NCBI GenBank assembly: GCA_003854995.1
Contig: RQOI01000640.1
Coordinates: 1 to 51,781, forward strand
DNA length: 51,781 nucleotides
Direction: 5' to 3'
Source: Candidatus Zhuqueibacterota bacterium
Lineage (GTDB): Bacteria > Zhuqueibacterota > Zhuqueibacteria > Residuimicrobiales > Krinioviventaceae
Shown one piece after another: positions 18,254 through 27,281 of the stretch. The number at the start of each line of letters is the position of its first letter. Positions within the stretch are counted from its first letter, which is position 1. Both the position numbers and the translations under genes were made by a program. The notes under the pieces were generated by a model. It saw only the letters and a program-made list of their open reading frames with translations. It had not been told where the DNA came from and searched no databases.

Positions 18254-19459
18254 TCAGAGCTCTAGCCAAAATTGCACATTGCCGCCGCCAAATCCCCAGA
18301 TGGTCGTGACGTGACTGACAGCAAACTGAAGATAGACTCGATTGTCAAAATTGAATGTGTAAGCCAGTTTGATCTTGTCCACATAGCCACTTTGATGCGG
18401 ATGGGTGATCTCGAATAAACCGACATAGTCCCACTTTTGCATGGATCCCATATACCCGGCCTCAACGACGCCGGGCCCGAGACACCTTTCGGCAAAAAAG
18501 AATGGGATGAATTCCGCATGATGATAGTCGTGCGCGCCATAGCCCGTTGATCCGGCATCCTGAATGACCACATGCGCACCAAAACGCACGTTAGAGTTGT
18601 CGCTGACCGGCGTGATGTAGCCAATTTTAATCAGCTCAATCTCATTTTGATAGCTGTAATGGTCGTCCGTAGCGGCAAAGGCCTTTTCTTCCTCGAAATG
18701 GTAGCGAGAGTATGCCGCCTCGATGAAGGAACGGTGCGTGCGGTAGTAGAAGAGCTTGAAGACCAGGTCGTCCATTTTCTTCCGCTGCGAAAAGCGATCT
18801 CGCCCCTCTGTTGCCACAAAAGATCGCTCGCTGCCGTCATCGTACTGGCCTTGACTGAAAAATCGAAAAGGCCCGACCGTCAGGTTTGTCTCCCAGACAA
18901 ATTGCCATGGCTTTTTCATGTCACGGCTTTTTATATTGTTTTTGTCATTCCAAAACACATCGATGTCTCTGTAAGCAAGCCTGAGATAGTTCGTCCTGCT
19001 TTTGTTGGTGAGAGAGAGACCATATTGGACGTCGATTTCTTCCTTTTCAAAATGCGGATCCCCATAGATAAAAACGGACAATGGCCGGTAAATCTGTTTT
19101 TCAAATCCTGTCTCGACATGCTTGTCCTGTTCGTTCCGATGATGGGTGGCATAGTATGTCGCAGCATAGCGAAACCACAAGCCCGATGATAATTCTTCAT
19201 TGAGGGCAAGTCGAGCATCAGACAAGAGTTCGGTATTAGAAATACTGGCAAAATTAAGCCGCATCATGTTCTGGCAGAACAGGTTTTTTTCCCATTTCTC
19301 ATGCCAGAATGGGTGCAATTCATAATTGGCGATGGCGTGAATATAGACCATATTCTCGCCGTAATAGTCATCGTAAGGCCAGTCGATCTCCTGCGAGCTG
19401 GCCAAATCATGCAGAATACAGCAGAGAATAAATATAGGACATGAGTGGTTGAGCATCAT
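18254..19459 (-). CDS. Hypothetical secreted protein, possible outer-membrane beta-barrel
   Basis: 401 aa with an N-terminal hydrophobic signal-like segment (PIFILCCILHDLASSQE). It is rich in aromatic residues and His, with alternating beta-strand-like stretches, and ends GGGNVQFWLEL. I recognise no family motif. Confidence 0.35.
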   Translation of the reverse strand: MMLNHSCPIFILCCILHDLASSQEIDWPYDDYYGENMVYIHAIANYELHPFWHEKWEKNLFCQNMMRLNFASISNTELLSDARLALNEELSSGLWFRYAATYYATHHRNEQDKHVETGFEKQIYRPLSVFIYGDPHFEKEEIDVQYGLSLTNKSRTNYLRLAYRDIDVFWNDKNNIKSRDMKKPWQFVWETNLTVGPFRFFSQGQYDDGSERSFVATEGRDRFSQRKKMDDLVFKLFYYRTHRSFIEAAYSRYHFEEEKAFAATDDHYSYQNEIELIKIGYITPVSDNSNVRFGAHVVIQDAGSTGYGAHDYHHAEFIPFFFAERCLGPGVVEAGYMGSMQKWDYVGLFEITHPHQSGYVDKIKLAYTFNFDNRVYLQFAVSHVTTIWGFGGGNVQFWLEL

Positions 19460-19678
19460 GCTTGTTCACAATGCCAGGGATTTATCATTTGTAACAATTA
19501 CAGCAGAACAAAATTCCAGATTGGACAACGAGAATGTCTGGCGATGAAAACTGAGGCGACATTGTCTTTATATCTTATTCTTCTCAACGGATTCCTGGCA
19601 ATCTCAGCTACCAGTAACTGACCTCTTACTCCAAATTTCCTCTTGTGAAGACGCTGTTGCAAGTCATCATCGCACCTG

Positions 19679-22522
19679 TCAAGTAGGACAGGAGCAGAGC
19701 AGATTGCGGTCGCCGTAGGTGTTGTCGATGCGCGCGACCGGCGGCCAAAATTTATGCGATCTGACTTTTGCCAAGGGATAGAACGCTTTTTGTCGCGAGT
19801 AAGCGTGCGTCCAGGCATCTGTCAGGCCTTCTGCCGCTGTGTGCGGCGCATTTTTCAGAACATTGTCCTCTTTATCGGCGCGTCCATCGATAATTTCCTG
19901 GATTTCGTTGTAGATCTCGGTCATGGCACTGCAAAAACGATCCAGCTCTTCCTTGGGCTCGCTCTCTGTGGGTTCCACCATCATCGTGCCTGGTACGGGA
20001 AAAGAGACAGTGGGCGCGTGGAAGCCATAATCCATCAATCGCTTGGCGACGTCCTCCGCTTCGATGCCATATTTTTTGAACTGGCGGAGATCGATGATCA
20101 TCTCGTGTGCAACGCGGCCATGGTCGCCCGTGTAAAGGATGGGAAAATATTTTTCCAAACGCGCTTTGAGATAGTTTGCATTGAGAATCGCATTTTGCGA
20201 AGCTTCTGTCACTCCCTCGGCGCCGAGCATTTTGATATAGGCGTAGGAGATGAGCAATACGCTGGCGCTGCCCCACGGGGTGGCGCTCACCGCCGGGATG
20301 GCGCTTTCGCCACCCGTCCTGACGATGCTGTGACCCGGAAGAAAGGGCGCGAGATGTTTGGCGGCGCAGATCGGGCCAACGCCAGGTCCGCCGCCACCGT
20401 GCGGAATAGCAAACGTTTTGTGCAGATTGAGGTGACACACGTCCGCGCCAATTTTCGCCGGACTGGTCAAGCCCACCTGGGCATTCATGTTGGCGCCGTC
20501 CATGTAGACCTGTCCGCCATGTTTATGAATGATGTCGCACACCCGCATGATCTCTTTCTCATATACGCCGTGCGTGGAGGGATAGGTCACCATCAAAGCG
20601 GCAAGATGATCAGCATGCTGCACAGCCTTTTGCTCCAAATCGGCAAGATCGATGTCGCCGCGTTCATTGCATTGCACCAATACGACGACCGATCCCGCCA
20701 TCACCGCACTCGCCGGATTGGTGCCATGCGCTGACGTGGGTATGAGCACGATATTCCGCTGCCCCTGACCCATGGCCTGATGATAGGCGCGTATGACCAT
20801 GAGTCCGGTGAATTCACCTTGCGCGCCCGAATTCGGCTGCAGTGATGTCGCAGCAAATCCGGTGATTTCGGCCAAATATTTTTCCAGCTCCTGAATTATC
20901 TGCCTGTAGCCGGCCGCCTGTTCGACGGGTACGAAGGGATGAATGGAAAATTCCGGCCGGCTCACCGGCAGCATGGCTGTCGCCGGATTCAATTTCATCG
21001 TGCAGGAACCGAGCGGGATCATGGACTTGGTCAGGGACAAGTCTTTTTCTTCCAGAGATTTAATATAGCGCATCATCTGGGTTTCGGATCGATAGCTATT
21101 GAATACAGGGTGCTGCAGATAGGCGCTGGTGCGAATGAGGGATGATGGCGCCTTGAGAGATTCAGTCAACACATGGCGAAAAGGCTGATCAGATTCCAAT
21201 GCCCTGGCGAAAAGATTGAAAATCTCTCTCACGTCCGCCTCTGATGTTGTCTCATCGAGTGAAATCCCGAGACCGGAATCGATGCTGCGGAAATTGATGA
21301 GATTTTCTGCAGCTAAATTTTCAACTTTTGCCTTCATCATTGGCGGGAGTCGCAGCAGGAGCGTATCAAAGTAAGCGTCATTCAGCTGCTCGACCCCGAG
21401 AGCGCGCAGCTGCTCCTCCAGGAGCCGGGCGCGCGCATGAATCGTCGCGGCGATATGGTGAATTCCGGCGGCGCCATGATAGACGCCATACATGCCCGCC
21501 ATGATGGCCGGCAGGGCTTGCGCCGTGCAGATATTCGAGGTGGCTTTTTCGCGTCGGATGTGCTGCTCACGGGTCTGCAGCGCCATGCGATAGCCCACGT
21601 CGCCATGTCTGTCCTGCGATACACCAATGATTCGTCCCGGCACCTGACGTTTGTATTCGTCACGGGTCGCAAAATAGGCAGCGTGCGGGCCACCGTAGCC
21701 CAACGGCACGCCAAAGCGTTGCGTAGAGCCAACGACGATATCAGCGCCATACTCTCCCGGTGGCCGCAGTATTGCCAGGCTCAGCAGATCCGACGCCACG
21801 GCGACGAGGCATCCGGCTGCATGCGCCGCCTCGATAAAGTCTGCATATTCAAAAACCAGTCCATTGTTATCTGGAAATTGCAGCAGCGCACCGAAAATGG
21901 GTTCAGCAAAAGCCATCTTTTTGACATCGCCGATGACGAGTCTGATGCCCAGCGGCTCGGCGCGCGATCTCAAGACATCTATGGTGTGTTGAAAGACACC
22001 ATCCGCGACAAAAAAGCTGTTCACCTCAGTGGCGATCTTGTCCCGCGGCCGCAGTCGATGCATCATGGACATCGCTTCGGCGGCCGCCGTCGCTTCGTCC
22101 AGCAGAGAGGCATTAGCCAGCTCCATGCCGGTCAAGTCCATGACCATGGTTTGAAAATTGAGCAGCGCCTCCAATCGGCCTTGTGAGATCTCGGATTGAT
22201 AGGGAGTGTACTGCGTGTACCAGCCGGGATTCTCAAATATGTTGCGCAGAATGACACTGGGTGTGATGGTGTCATAAAAGCCCAAACCAATATAGCTTTT
22301 ATAGCGTTTATTTTTTGCGCCGAGCCTGCGGATGTGGTTGAGATACTCGTGCTCTGACATGGGTTGCGGCAGAGCGAGCGGCTTTGTCAGTCTGATGCCG
22401 CGCGGAATGGTTTGCTCTATCAGCTCTTGCACCGAGTCAACGCCAATGCTCCGCAACATGTCAGCGCGCTCGCCCGTTTGCGATCCGAGATGGCGATCCA
22501 GAAAGTTCAGATGATTCTCCAT
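19679..22522 (-). CDS. gcvP: Glycine dehydrogenase (aminomethyl-transferring), single-chain P-protein of the glycine cleavage system
   Basis: 947 aa with the canonical N-terminus FLDRHLG....ML..IGV.S...L. Also NPGWYTQYTPYQ.EISQGRLEALLNFQTM, the PLP-lysine context CHLNLHKTFAIPHGGGGPG, and a C-terminal YGDRNL.C.C. Confidence 0.95.
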   Translation of the reverse strand: MENHLNFLDRHLGSQTGERADMLRSIGVDSVQELIEQTIPRGIRLTKPLALPQPMSEHEYLNHIRRLGAKNKRYKSYIGLGFYDTITPSVILRNIFENPGWYTQYTPYQSEISQGRLEALLNFQTMVMDLTGMELANASLLDEATAAAEAMSMMHRLRPRDKIATEVNSFFVADGVFQHTIDVLRSRAEPLGIRLVIGDVKKMAFAEPIFGALLQFPDNNGLVFEYADFIEAAHAAGCLVAVASDLLSLAILRPPGEYGADIVVGSTQRFGVPLGYGGPHAAYFATRDEYKRQVPGRIIGVSQDRHGDVGYRMALQTREQHIRREKATSNICTAQALPAIMAGMYGVYHGAAGIHHIAATIHARARLLEEQLRALGVEQLNDAYFDTLLLRLPPMMKAKVENLAAENLINFRSIDSGLGISLDETTSEADVREIFNLFARALESDQPFRHVLTESLKAPSSLIRTSAYLQHPVFNSYRSETQMMRYIKSLEEKDLSLTKSMIPLGSCTMKLNPATAMLPVSRPEFSIHPFVPVEQAAGYRQIIQELEKYLAEITGFAATSLQPNSGAQGEFTGLMVIRAYHQAMGQGQRNIVLIPTSAHGTNPASAVMAGSVVVLVQCNERGDIDLADLEQKAVQHADHLAALMVTYPSTHGVYEKEIMRVCDIIHKHGGQVYMDGANMNAQVGLTSPAKIGADVCHLNLHKTFAIPHGGGGPGVGPICAAKHLAPFLPGHSIVRTGGESAIPAVSATPWGSASVLLISYAYIKMLGAEGVTEASQNAILNANYLKARLEKYFPILYTGDHGRVAHEMIIDLRQFKKYGIEAEDVAKRLMDYGFHAPTVSFPVPGTMMVEPTESEPKEELDRFCSAMTEIYNEIQEIIDGRADKEDNVLKNAPHTAAEGLTDAWTHAYSRQKAFYPLAKVRSHKFWPPVARIDNTYGDRNLLCSCPT

Positions 22523-22612
22523 TGGAAAAAGTCCTTTATAGTTGTAAGAGGGTATAACAAAAGAGTGAAGGTGATATTTTGCAGCGCTCTGGTTGAATGG
22601 AGCACTATTTCT

Positions 22613-23659
22613 TTATAACTTTTCAATGAGTGGCTTCCAATTGGCGTTTTTAATTCCTAAAACAGCTGCAAATCGCGTTCGAACGTCCTCCTCCAGCAGC
22701 ATCATGTCACTGGCGTCGGCCTTTTCAAGGTCAATTTTCCCGCCGGCGAATTGATTGTGCCCGCCGGCGTTTTCATTATCACCGACGATCCTTTGGATGA
22801 CGCGAAAGGCGCGCGCATTTTTCTTATTCGTTCGCAGTGAGAGATACATGCTGTCCTGAATATTGCCAACCGCCAATGCCCACGAGGTTCTCTCCCGACG
22901 AAGAAACAAATCTGACATTTCAGCGATGATCTCCGGCGCATCGACGTAGCCCAGCGGTATGAAGATGAGATGCCGGAATTTACAGGCTCTATTGAGGGCA
23001 ATGGCGAGCTCTTGAAAATAAGAGTTCAGCAGAGTTGGATTGGTAATGGCGCCCATTTTCGGCAGACTGCAGAGCGGATAGACGGCCAGATAGGCTTGAA
23101 TATCGCGTTTGTTCGCCTCGCGACGAAGCTCCTGCGTCTCGGATCGGATGGCATAGGCGATGGCGGTCGCGAGATTGATTTTAATATCGACTTTGGCAGC
23201 CATCAAAAGCTCGCAGAGCAGCGTGGCGGTGGCGCCCAGTTTGGAGTTGTAAACGACAAGGTCCGCATCAATGTTTGCACTGGATGCGTGATGATCAAAA
23301 ACGATGTGCGTATGCATACCGGCAGGAAGCGGATTGTTGCCCTGGCCAGGTTGGGTGTCCACCATGGCGATGCGATCATATCCGCTGTAGCGAATGGAGC
23401 TGGTTTTCACCAAAGGGATGTCGAGTAGAGAAACCATCGCCCGATTTTCCGCACGACCCAGAATGCCGTTATACGCAATTGTGGCTGCTACGCCGCAGAG
23501 CGAGTCTGCCAGGGCAGCAAGTGCAAAGCCGCTGGCAATGGCGTCCGGATCAGGATTGTTGTGCAACAGAATGAGGAGTGTCTTGGCGCCTTGCAACTGA
23601 TTTTCGAGGGCCTTGAGGACGGTTTTGATCTTGTTGGGTAGTTGAGAAAATTTTATCAT
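22613..23659 (-). CDS. DHH/DHHA1-family phosphoesterase (NrnA-like oligoribonuclease/pAp phosphatase type)
   Basis: Motifs HNNPDPDAIASGFAL, MVDTQ, VFDHHAS and the DHHA1 GGHNQFAGGKI. Confidence 0.85.
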   Translation of the reverse strand: MIKFSQLPNKIKTVLKALENQLQGAKTLLILLHNNPDPDAIASGFALAALADSLCGVAATIAYNGILGRAENRAMVSLLDIPLVKTSSIRYSGYDRIAMVDTQPGQGNNPLPAGMHTHIVFDHHASSANIDADLVVYNSKLGATATLLCELLMAAKVDIKINLATAIAYAIRSETQELRREANKRDIQAYLAVYPLCSLPKMGAITNPTLLNSYFQELAIALNRACKFRHLIFIPLGYVDAPEIIAEMSDLFLRRERTSWALAVGNIQDSMYLSLRTNKKNARAFRVIQRIVGDNENAGGHNQFAGGKIDLEKADASDMMLLEEDVRTRFAAVLGIKNANWKPLIEKL

Positions 23660-23840
23660 GACTTAATTTAAGATTCTCAGCTGAAAAAGTAAACCTGTTT
23701 TCTTTGTAATGTCTTGGCTACTTTTTAATCGATTTTGCCAGAAACTGACCTTTACTTTTGCCTGCGAACATGGCTTGCAAATGATGGAAATTTTTCTTAT
23801 GTTCAATCGCCCATTACGGCGCCCATTTTTATGAGGTTTT

Positions 23841-25430
23841 ATGACTGGAAAAATCCGTCAAGTGGTGGTACTGAGTTTGTTCGTCATCCATACGACTGCC
23901 CTGGCGCAGAAATCCGCGGCCGATCAACAGCTCCTCGCAAACGCCTCTCACCATGACAATATTGAAGAAGCTTTACTCGAAATTGCTGACGGAGTTCTTG
24001 AGCTGTACCAGTTTTTACGCAACGATATTGGCGTCTACGCGGATGCCGCTCGATTTGCGGGCGCGCAATTCCATCCCTGTTCCATCGCGTCCGTGGGCAT
24101 GGGACTCATTTCCCTCTGCATCGCTGATAGCCTGCAGTTGAGCGATGCGGCCCAGGCGCAGGCGCTGCAGACCCTGCGCGCCATGTCGGGCGAAGTGCCG
24201 GGCTATGAGCCGGCGCGCAATCCGGTCAATGGCTTTTTCCGCCACTGGATTAGTCTAAAGACCGGCGCGCGTGAGTGGAACAGCGAGTATTCGAGTATCG
24301 ATACAGCCATCCTCATATGCGGCGCTCTTTTCTGCAAGAGCTATTTTTCGGACGCGGAAATCGCGCGACTCGCCGATGCGCTCTATCTCTCGATGGACTG
24401 GAATGCGGCCACTGCTGATGCCGGCGCCGGCGAAATCTATATGACGTTCCATGAGGATGGCAGCGGCGAGCTCAAGACTCGACCTTTTAACGAATATATG
24501 ATCGTCGCCTGGCTGGCCAAAAATGATCCGCGCGCAAATGCGCAGACGAAACTGCTGTGGCATAAATTTTTCGAAAATGCATCTGCGCTGCCAAACTCGA
24601 TCTATAACGGCATCCCCTTGCTCGCCGATTCACCCGGCCAGTATCTCTCCAATTTCGTCATTCAGTTCCCGATGTATCTCTGCTCACACTTTACATCGCG
24701 CCAGGATTATCGGCAATTTCTGAAAAATGCCATGCATGTGGATCGACAGTGGTGGTCGGATAACACGAACGCGCCGCTCTACGTGTGGGGAACTGGCGCC
24801 GGCGCCTCCGGATTTGTCGGCAGCGGCTATCATGCGGACAATTTCAGGGAAAATCCCGGCCACGTCTGCTCACCGCATGTCCTCGCCGGCTTTGCACCGG
24901 TGGATTCAACGGTTTTCAATGACGTGCTCGAGCTGTGGAATAATAACGTGGGAGTGTACAGCGTCCCTGGTTCCACAAAGAAATTCCTGTGGCGATTCAG
25001 CGTTCAGGATCTGTCCTGGCGGGCAGCGGATGTTCAGGGTGTCGATATCTCGACGTTGCTGTTCGGGCTGGCGACTCATCCCGCTCTCCTGGGAAAAGAG
25101 TTCTTTGCAAAATATAACGACTATGTTTTCCCCAGCAGCAGCGATGTAAAAAAAAAGTGCACATTGGAGAATGAATGGGGCCTGCAGGTGCACCCGAACC
25201 CATTCAATTCCATGACAACGATTCGCTGTCATCTGCAGAAATCATCAAGTGTTGTCATTGAGCTCTTTGATGTGAGAGGTTATCTTTTGCGGAAAATGAC
25301 GAAAAATAATGCAGGCAGCGGCGACCACACATGGCTGCTGGACGGCGGCGATTTGTCGTCCGGCATCTACATCGTTCGTTTGCAGGTGAATGATACAGTT
25401 GCCTGTCGGCGACTCGTGTGCTTGCGCTAG
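23841..25430 (+). CDS. Secreted (alpha/alpha)6-barrel glucoamylase-like protein (GH144/DUF3131-type, tentative) with a T9SS C-terminal sorting domain
   Basis: Signal LSLFVIHTTALAQ. Helical-repeat motifs SIASVGMGLISLCIA, GFFRHWISLKTGAREWNSEYSSIDTAILICGALFCKSYF and NEYMIVAWLAK. It ends in an 80-aa T9SS-type CTD. Confidence 0.5.
   Translation: MTGKIRQVVVLSLFVIHTTALAQKSAADQQLLANASHHDNIEEALLEIADGVLELYQFLRNDIGVYADAARFAGAQFHPCSIASVGMGLISLCIADSLQLSDAAQAQALQTLRAMSGEVPGYEPARNPVNGFFRHWISLKTGAREWNSEYSSIDTAILICGALFCKSYFSDAEIARLADALYLSMDWNAATADAGAGEIYMTFHEDGSGELKTRPFNEYMIVAWLAKNDPRANAQTKLLWHKFFENASALPNSIYNGIPLLADSPGQYLSNFVIQFPMYLCSHFTSRQDYRQFLKNAMHVDRQWWSDNTNAPLYVWGTGAGASGFVGSGYHADNFRENPGHVCSPHVLAGFAPVDSTVFNDVLELWNNNVGVYSVPGSTKKFLWRFSVQDLSWRAADVQGVDISTLLFGLATHPALLGKEFFAKYNDYVFPSSSDVKKKCTLENEWGLQVHPNPFNSMTTIRCHLQKSSSVVIELFDVRGYLLRKMTKNNAGSGDHTWLLDGGDLSSGIYIVRLQVNDTVACRRLVCLR
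25188..25427 (+). other. T9SS (Por) type-A C-terminal sorting domain of the 23841..25430 product
   Basis: VHPNPFNSMTTIRCHL...VVIELFDVRGYLLRKM.....GDHTWLLDGGDLSSGIYIVRLQVND. The pattern is P-N-P-F near the start, a mid L-x-D-x-x-G, then LSSGIY and a hydrophobic tail. Confidence 0.7.
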
Positions 25431-25509
25431 TCGTGAAATAAATCGTGTTTTATTCTCTGTTAAATAGTACGTAATTCGCAAATAATACAAACTCTAACTG
25501 GAGGTTTTT

Positions 25510-26841
25510 ATGAATTTCATTACAAAAATGTTCCTTCTGCTGGTGGTGTTGGCGAGCGTCGCGCCGGCGCAAATTGACTTGCTGGAGATAGGATCCTTTG
25601 GTACAATCGCATCCTTTAGCGAGTTAGCGGACGAACGCACCTGGAGCTCGGTCGATTGCAATGGTGCGCAAGTTTTTGAAATCATCGCAGATCCGGACGA
25701 TGCCGCCAATATGGTGGGATCCTTCAAATCCACTGCCTGCACGGACGAAGGTTTCACCCTGGAGCAAACATTTGTGCCGTTCGATTTTTCGCTGCACAAT
25801 TTTATGAGTCTGGATGTCTATGCACCGGCGGCGAATCGCAAAATCGTCTTCAAGATTTTCAATTCAGCTAATCCGGATCAGGCCAAGATGGTAGAGGTCA
25901 TGACCGAGATAGCAGCCGAGTGGGATACCCTCAATTTTGATTTCAGCGGCACTGAGGCCGGCGTCTATGACCGTATCTCGATTCATCCGGCGTTCGGCGA
26001 GGCGACCGAAGGCGAAGAATGGATCTTTGACAACATTCGCAAGGATCGCGGCGGCTTGATCACCTACCGCAATGACGGCATGTTGGTTGATTTCGACACC
26101 ATATTGCCCTATACGCACTTTTGGGATTGTAATTCAGGGGGCGGCGAATACCTCATCGTCGATAATCCGCTCAAGGATGACGTCAATCCAAGTGAAAAGT
26201 GCGCCCTCTTCTATGTCTCTGACTGCGGCTGGGAAGGTTTTGCCATTGCCGAAAAGTTTGAGCCGCTTGATTTCACCATCACCAGCGAAGCGTGGGTCAA
26301 GGTGCTGGCGCCGGCTGCTGATCTGCAGTTCATGTTCAAGGTCGAACTGTGGGAGAACAGCGGCATCATGGTCGAGACAGTTGTCAATACGACGGTCGGC
26401 AATGCCTGGGAAGAATTGATCTTTGATCTGAGCGGCATCGAATCGCTCAAGTACACCAAGATCGCCCTGTTCCCGGATTTCCAGTCGGCGAGTCAGAACG
26501 AAGACTGGTACATCGATGACATCAAGCTCGTCGATCCCTACAATTTGTCGGTTGAGGATCGCGACAAGGCCATCAAAGTGTTTGCCCTGTCGGCAAAAAA
26601 CTATCCGAATCCCTACAATCCGACGACGATGATCGCTTATAAAGTTCCGCTTGCGTCGCATGTGAAGGTCACTGTATTCGACATGACTGGCCGTGAACTG
26701 GCGACGCTGGCGGACCAGGAACATGCCGCCGGCGAACACACGGTTCAATTCGATGGCGCGAATCTCAGCAGCGGTGTCTATTTCTACAAAGTGGAAACAT
26801 CCTACGATGTGGTGGTGAACAAGATGCTGTTGATGCAATAA
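25510..26841 (+). CDS. Secreted protein with two tandem homologous CBM-like beta-sandwich domains and a T9SS C-terminal sorting domain
   Basis: GGAGG lies 6 nt upstream of the ATG. Signal MNFITKMFLLLVVLASVAPAQ. Internal duplication: DFSLHNFMSLDVYAPAANRKIVFKI...EWDTLNFDFSG...YDRISIHPAFG...EEWIFDNIR aligns with LDFTITSEAWVKVLAPAADLQFMFKV...AWEELIFDLSG...YTKIALFPDFQ...EDWYIDDIK. A C-terminal CTD is present. Confidence 0.6.
   Translation: MNFITKMFLLLVVLASVAPAQIDLLEIGSFGTIASFSELADERTWSSVDCNGAQVFEIIADPDDAANMVGSFKSTACTDEGFTLEQTFVPFDFSLHNFMSLDVYAPAANRKIVFKIFNSANPDQAKMVEVMTEIAAEWDTLNFDFSGTEAGVYDRISIHPAFGEATEGEEWIFDNIRKDRGGLITYRNDGMLVDFDTILPYTHFWDCNSGGGEYLIVDNPLKDDVNPSEKCALFYVSDCGWEGFAIAEKFEPLDFTITSEAWVKVLAPAADLQFMFKVELWENSGIMVETVVNTTVGNAWEELIFDLSGIESLKYTKIALFPDFQSASQNEDWYIDDIKLVDPYNLSVEDRDKAIKVFALSAKNYPNPYNPTTMIAYKVPLASHVKVTVFDMTGRELATLADQEHAAGEHTVQFDGANLSSGVYFYKVETSYDVVVNKMLLMQ
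26599..26838 (+). other. T9SS (Por) type-A C-terminal sorting domain of the 25510..26841 product
   Basis: NYPNPYNPTTMIAYKVPLASHVKVTVFDMTGRELATLADQEHAAGEHTVQFDGANLSSGVYFYKVETSYDVVVNKMLLMQ, a textbook pattern for this domain class. Confidence 0.75.
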
Positions 26842-26859
26842 CAGTGATTCCAGATAAAA

Positions 26860-26899
26860 GATCGGCGATCTTTGATCTCAGATCAAAAGATCGCCGATC
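26860..26899. repeat. 40-nt near-perfect palindrome/hairpin made of six GATC tetramers; function unresolved (atypical terminator or regulator/methylation site)
   Basis: GATCGGCGATCTTTGATC-TCA-GATCAAAAGATCGCCGATC. The 18-nt arm pairs with a 19-nt arm (one bulged A) around a 3-nt loop. GATC sites start at 26860, 26867, 26874, 26881, 26889 and 26896. The element begins 19 nt after the stop of 25510..26841. No T-tract follows on the plus strand, whereas TTTTAT follows on the minus strand. Confidence 0.5.
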
Positions 26900-27281
26900 C
26901 ATCCTCAATCTCCTTCGATATTTTATCAATTTCCCATATCAACTCAATCAGGCCAATCCCTTCTGGTTGCCCCTTTGAGGATTAAACAATTTTTGCAAAC
27001 TGTAACTGTCATTATCTGTTGCATCTCTGGCTATACACACTGTCCGTTTGCAGACAACCGTCAGCAAAGAAAAAGAGAATGCCGTTCAATCAGCTCATTT
27101 TAATGATTGCCTAAAAATTATATAAAACAATATTTTATCTCTATGCGGCCATGCAAAACCACTTTGCCCGGAGGGAGTGTATCTTTGGCATTCTTTATGC
27201 TAATGCGCTATTATACTCAGTTTCGTTTCATGGACAGTTGAAAATGTAATCGGAAATTCATGCTCGAAATGACAACCTTTT

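Noticed and set aside
22523-22612. Glycine riboswitch upstream of gcvP
   Set aside because: The spacer is only 90 nt and I could not find the conserved aptamer core sequences by eye. A covariance-model scan would be needed to be certain.
23660-23840. Replication origin at the minus-to-plus strand switch
   Set aside because: Gene orientation diverges here as it would at an oriC. However, the 181-nt spacer has no TTATCCACA-type DnaA boxes, no clear repeated AT-rich 13-mers and no dnaA/dnaN nearby. It is most simply a divergent promoter region.
26991-27052. Invertible promoter (Bacteroides-style) in the leader of the glycan locus
   Set aside because: Only a 7-bp inverted repeat (TGCAAAC/GTTTGCA) flanks about 45 nt. 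No longer inverted repeats and no nearby recombinase gene are present.
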